Shown in pieces: positions 60,069 through 64,000 of a DNA stretch of 64,000 nucleotides. The first letter of the stretch is position 1, and every line of letters begins with the position of its first letter. The stretch is from assembly GCA_964458155.1 (NCBI GenBank), contig CAYWGP010000125.1, positions 8,264 to 72,263 of the forward strand. The letters run 5' to 3'. This DNA comes from an uncultured Bacteroides sp. GTDB taxonomy: Bacteria > Bacteroidota > Bacteroidia > Bacteroidales > GCA-2748055. The notes beneath the pieces were generated by a model that saw nothing but the letters and a program-made list of their open reading frames with translations, was not told the DNA's origin and did not search any database. Position numbers and translations under genes: made by a program.

Positions 60069-61396
60069 GTTTTCCCGTTTGATATCTCACTCTGGATCTT
60101 TTCGAGCGACTTTCCTTTTGTCTCAGGCATTAAGCGAAGCACGAAAAGCAGTTGAAATACCATCATGATTGCGAAAATAAGAAAGGTGGTGCCTCCCCCG
60201 AGTTTTTCTGCAATAGAGGGGAAGGAGAAAGCAATAAGGGCTGCCATGAACCAGTGGGTAAAGCTTCCCAGTGCCTGACCACCGGCCCTGACTTCATTGG
60301 GGAAGACCTCCGAAATAAACACCCAGATGACCGCCCCCTGTGAGAAGGCAAAGAAAGCGATATAAATGAAAAGGAAAACCGGCACTGCAAAACCACCAAA
60401 AGATTCGGTGTAAAATGCCCTGGAAACCAGTCCAAGCGTTATGATAAGGCCTATGGATCCGATAAGCATTAAGGTCCTTCGGCCGAATTTATCGATAAAG
60501 CGCATGGCCAGGAGTGTAAACATGAAATTTACAATTCCCATCCCCGCTGTTGACAGCAATGCTGAGCTCTCTCCCAATCCGGTCATCTCAAATATCCGGG
60601 GAGCATAATAGATAATGGCGTTGATCCCTGATACCTGGTTAAAGAAGGCAATTAGTACTGCCAGCAGGATAGGAAGACGATAGATCCTTGACTTTAACAG
60701 ACCCTGATCCTTGCTCGCCTCATGTTTGGATTGTTGAATGTTCTTAAGTGTCTCCTCCACGTTGGCCGGGTTAATCAGTTCAAGTACGGCCCTGGCCTCG
60801 TCCACCAGGTTCCTCTTCAGGATCAGCCATCTCGGACTCCTGGGGATTTTAAGTACCAGGACCAGGAAAAGGATGGCGGGGATGGCTTCAACTCCCAGCA
60901 TCCATCTCCAGGCGTTTGGCCCTGTCCCTGCGATAAAATAATTGGATATATAGGCTATCACAATTCCGAATACCACATTGAACTGAAACATGGCCACCAG
61001 GCTACCTCTCCTGTTTGCAGGAGAGATTTCGGATATATACATGGGTGCTGCAACCGAGGAGGCTCCAACCCCAAGTCCGCCAAGGAAACGGAATACCATA
61101 AACAAATACCAGTTTGTTGAAAGGGCAGATCCCATAGCAGATATTAAATAAAGTACTGCGATCCAGAAGAGAGTCATTTTACGGCCGATCCGATCTGAAG
61201 GAATTCCACCGAAAAGTGCACCTATTACAGTACCAATCAGTGCGATTGAAACGGTAAATCCATGTTGAACTGAATTCAGTCCCCAAATCTTTTGAATAGA
61301 CTGTTCAGCACCTGAAATGACTGCCGTATCAAATCCGAAAAGAAATCCCCCCAGTGCAACAGTTATCGACCAGAATAAAATGCGATTTTGTTTCAT
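60065..61396 (-). CDS. Sugar porter family MFS transporter (XylE-like)
   Basis: LGGFLFGFDTAVISGA, DRIGRK, PMYISEISP..RG, NQVSGINAIIYYAP, IDKFGRR, PETKGKSLE. Confidence 0.95.
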   Translation of the reverse strand: MKQNRILFWSITVALGGFLFGFDTAVISGAEQSIQKIWGLNSVQHGFTVSIALIGTVIGALFGGIPSDRIGRKMTLFWIAVLYLISAMGSALSTNWYLFMVFRFLGGLGVGASSVAAPMYISEISPANRRGSLVAMFQFNVVFGIVIAYISNYFIAGTGPNAWRWMLGVEAIPAILFLVLVLKIPRSPRWLILKRNLVDEARAVLELINPANVEETLKNIQQSKHEASKDQGLLKSRIYRLPILLAVLIAFFNQVSGINAIIYYAPRIFEMTGLGESSALLSTAGMGIVNFMFTLLAMRFIDKFGRRTLMLIGSIGLIITLGLVSRAFYTESFGGFAVPVFLFIYIAFFAFSQGAVIWVFISEVFPNEVRAGGQALGSFTHWFMAALIAFSFPSIAEKLGGGTTFLIFAIMMVFQLLFVLRLMPETKGKSLEKIQSEISNGKT

Positions 61397-61433
61397 GTAT
61401 AGTAATTTTGAAACAAATGTATATTTTTATTCC

Positions 61434-61973
61434 ATGCATTCAAATGACTTCATCGAACTGGCAAAGTCACGGTATTCATGTCGTAAATACGATTCCCGTC
61501 CCGTGGAACAAGAGAAACTCGATCTTATCCTGGAGGCCGGAAGGGTGGCCCCTTCGGCGGTAAATTTTCAACCCTGGCACTTCTATGTCATCCGGGAGAA
61601 GGAGGACCTGGAACGCTTCTACCCGGCCTATCACCGGGAATGGTTCCGGACCGCACCCTGTGTCATCGTGATCTGCGCAGACCATTCGCTTTCATGGAAA
61701 CGAAAGGAAGACGGGAAGGATCATGCAGATGTGGATGTGGCCATAACCACTGATCATATGACATTGCAGGCCACCGAACTTGGACTTGCCACGTGCTGGA
61801 TCTGTAATTTCTATGTGGACAAGGCCAGAGAAATACTTAAACTACCCGAACATTTGGAGCCGGTGGTAATACTGCCCCTTGGGTATCCGCTTGATGAAGT
61901 GGATCCGGATCGTCACCAGGAAAAAAGGAAGTCCCTTTCAGAGATTGTAAGTTACGGAATACAGTTATCCTAG
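61434..61973 (+). CDS. Nitroreductase family protein
   Basis: RYSCRKY, APSAVNFQPWHF, ATELGLATCWIC, LPLGYP..RKSL; ATG 61434 preferred. Confidence 0.92.
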   Translation: MHSNDFIELAKSRYSCRKYDSRPVEQEKLDLILEAGRVAPSAVNFQPWHFYVIREKEDLERFYPAYHREWFRTAPCVIVICADHSLSWKRKEDGKDHADVDVAITTDHMTLQATELGLATCWICNFYVDKAREILKLPEHLEPVVILPLGYPLDEVDPDRHQEKRKSLSEIVSYGIQLS

Positions 61974-62089
61974 AAAGAAGTCACCCTGAACTTCCGTCCT
62001 CCCACAGAGATTCCGGATGCGAGAGCAACTGCAGATACCTGAGCTGCAAACTTGATATTTCCTGATGCGAACTTATCGTAATCTGACTC
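61970..62089 (-). pseudogene. 3' remnant of a SYLF/Ysc84 lipid-binding-domain gene
   Basis: ESDYDKFASGNIKFAAQVSAVALASGIS-VGGRKFRVTSF* resembles the SYLF tail (F..G..F-x-A-Q-x-S-A-V-A..G-x-S..S-V-G-G-Q-K-F). No start codon in frame upstream (TAA reached first). Confidence 0.6.
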
Positions 62090-62161
62090 ATTACAGGTTA
62101 TGAGAAAATATTTTGTATCCTTTTGCTGAATTAAATAAAATGAATTAATATTGCTTTAATA

Positions 62162-62178
62162 AATGACTTGCAGTCATT
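62162..62178. promoter_or_regulatory. Putative TetR operator
   Basis: Perfect inverted repeat AATGACT-TGC-AGTCATT, 30 nt upstream of the TetR ATG. Confidence 0.6.
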
Positions 62179-62208
62179 AAATGGAATGCCATCAAAATTT
62201 CAAACTAT

Positions 62209-62841
62209 ATGGGAATAGCTGAAAGAAAGGAAAGGGAAAAACAACAGCGCAGGGAAGGGATAATCAAGGCTGCTGAAAAAGTATTCTTTTCCATGGGACT
62301 TGAACAAGCAACCATGGATGTTATTGCCGAGGAAGCCGAACTGAGCAAAGGTACTCTCTATCTGTATTTTAAGAGCAAGGAGGATTTGCATTTTGAAGTG
62401 GCCCGCAGAGCCATCAGCCTCCTGAGCTTACATACAGCAAGGGCAGTGGAATCGGCAGGAAATGCCATTGAGAAGCTTGAATTGATGGGAAGAGCCACCA
62501 TTGCCTTCATGCACACTCATCCCAAGCATATGAAAGCAATCATGTCTATCATGGCCACGGAAGCCGGAACTATTGAACTGAGCAGCGGCGACGTGCAGGG
62601 TATTGTTTATGGCGAATCGTCCGTGGGCATGGTGATGAAAGTGGTAGAAGAGGGGATCCGTGAAAAACTGATCAGAAGAGATATTCCGGCGCCACTTATT
62701 GCACACACCCTTTGGATGCAGATGATGAGTGTGATCCAGTTTGTGAGTACCGAAGGCTCCCTGATAGAAATGCTGGACCTGACTCCTGAAAAAGTATTCG
62801 AAAGTCATTTTAAACTGGTTTTTAATGGCATTACATCATGA
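62209..62841 (+). CDS. TetR/AcrR family transcriptional regulator
   Basis: AAEKVFFSMGLEQATMDVIAEEAELSKGTLYLYFKSKEDL HTH. Confidence 0.94.
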   Translation: MGIAERKEREKQQRREGIIKAAEKVFFSMGLEQATMDVIAEEAELSKGTLYLYFKSKEDLHFEVARRAISLLSLHTARAVESAGNAIEKLELMGRATIAFMHTHPKHMKAIMSIMATEAGTIELSSGDVQGIVYGESSVGMVMKVVEEGIREKLIRRDIPAPLIAHTLWMQMMSVIQFVSTEGSLIEMLDLTPEKVFESHFKLVFNGITS

Positions 62842-64000
62842 AAAGTGTTAAGAAGAAAACCGGAATAATCCTCATGGCAGGCCTGAGCCTGCTGGCTTGT
62901 GTCATTGGGCAGGCTCAGAATCCCGTTCTCGAGGAATACATCAGGCTTGGACTGGAGTCCAACCAGGCATTAAAACAGAGACAACTGGACTATGCAGTTA
63001 ATCTGGCAGCACTGAAGGAGGCAAAAGGGCTTTTCTTTCCCGATATCAGCTTTAATGCCAGATATACCATGGCAGAGGGAGGCAGGATGATTGAGTTCCC
63101 GGTGGGTGATCTGTTAAACCCTGTATACAGCACTCTGAATATGCTTACAGGTACCAGTGCTTTCCCGCAGATCGAAAATGAAACCTTTCCCTTCTACCGG
63201 CCCACAGAGCAGGAAACCAAACTTTCACTGGTTCAGCCCATATTCAATACGGACCTTATCCAGAACTATCAAATCAAGAAACAATATACGGAGATTGCCA
63301 GGATCGATGTGGATCAGTATGAGAGAGAATTGATTAAAGAAATCTCCAAAGCTTACTATGAGTTCCAGAAAGCATTTAATCTGGTGGCACTGGCCGATAC
63401 TTCCCTGGCCCTGGTTGCTGAAAACCTGCGAGTGAGTCAGCGCCTGTTTGAAAACGATAAGGTTACCGTGGATGCCGTCTATCGGTCAGAGTCCGAACTC
63501 AGCAGGGTAGAAGTTCAAAGAGCCAGGGCAAACAACATGTTAGAAGCGTCGCGGGCCTATTTTAATTTTCTGCTTAACAGAGATCTGCTTACTCCTGTTG
63601 AACTTCTGATGCAAGTCCCGGTGCAACCATTGATCTCACTGGAAGATGCAAGTTTACAGGCGCTTCAGAGCAGAGTTGAGCTAAGCAAGATTAAAGAATA
63701 CCAGCAGCTCAACAAGCATCTTACATCCATGCACCGCGGACAAAATATTCCCGGATTGTTCGGAGTGGTTGATTACGGAATTCAGGGAGAAAATTACCAG
63801 GTTACGAGCGATGATGATTTCCTTCTGGCCTCGCTTGTGATGAGATGGACCTTGTTCAAAGGTACTGCAAACCATCAGAAAGTGCAGCAATCCAGGATAG
63901 AAGGAGAAAAGCTGGAGGAACTCTATTCCCAGGCTCAGCAGCAAATCAGGCTGGAGGTGATCAACAACTACTACGGGCTTCAGGCAGCCTTTGAATCGGT
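62838..64000 (+). CDS. TolC family outer-membrane efflux protein (runs off the right edge)
   Basis: ATG 62838 overlaps the TetR TGA (ATGA); reads MKSVKKK..LEEYIRLGLESNQALKQ..EAKGLFFPDISFNARYT..LVQPIFN. Not in the ORF track because it has no stop in the window. Confidence 0.85.
   Translation, partial: MKSVKKKTGIILMAGLSLLACVIGQAQNPVLEEYIRLGLESNQALKQRQLDYAVNLAALKEAKGLFFPDISFNARYTMAEGGRMIEFPVGDLLNPVYSTLNMLTGTSAFPQIENETFPFYRPTEQETKLSLVQPIFNTDLIQNYQIKKQYTEIARIDVDQYERELIKEISKAYYEFQKAFNLVALADTSLALVAENLRVSQRLFENDKVTVDAVYRSESELSRVEVQRARANNMLEASRAYFNFLLNRDLLTPVELLMQVPVQPLISLEDASLQALQSRVELSKIKEYQQLNKHLTSMHRGQNIPGLFGVVDYGIQGENYQVTSDDDFLLASLVMRWTLFKGTANHQKVQQSRIEGEKLEELYSQAQQQIRLEVINNYYGLQAAFES

Noticed and set aside
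1-64000. tRNA, rRNA, tmRNA or CRISPR arrays
   Set aside because: No T-loop (GTTCRAATC) cloverleaf, rRNA-like tract or regularly spaced repeat array was seen in the short intergenic spaces. This was by eye; tRNAscan-SE and Infernal would confirm.

Overview
Core-chromosome segment of a Bacteroidota bacterium, probably Bacteroidales/Marinilabiliales-like. This is inferred from TAnnTTTG -7 promoter boxes, a T9SS C-terminal-domain protein, PorT-like barrels and DUF4954/DUF1080/DUF4251 families. About 50 tightly packed CDS cover housekeeping (dnaK, panB, cca, xseAB, fmt, ribBA, cdd, nagB, LptF/G), signalling (SpoIIE sensor phosphatase, sigma-54 two-component pair, multi-PAS hybrid kinase, TetR), transport, glycan and lipid enzymes. 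I saw no rRNA, tRNA, CRISPR array or intact mobile element. Four things stand out beyond the ORF track. (1) Five gene remnants, mostly missed by the ORF caller: an S41 peptidase tail, a DUF6090-like gene, an integrase SAM domain, a ROK kinase and a SYLF gene. Three of them carry internal deletions. (2) A coupled ACP / ADP-forming acyl-CoA ligase / NagB / DUF4954 (left-handed beta-helix) operon that may make or recycle N-acyl amino sugars. (3) Three copies of a CGCAGC-loop-GCTGCG palindrome resembling IS200/IS605-end-derived REP/PATE elements. (4) Six convergent gene pairs whose stop codons overlap by exactly 4 nt. All functional calls come from motif recognition by eye; no database searches were run.
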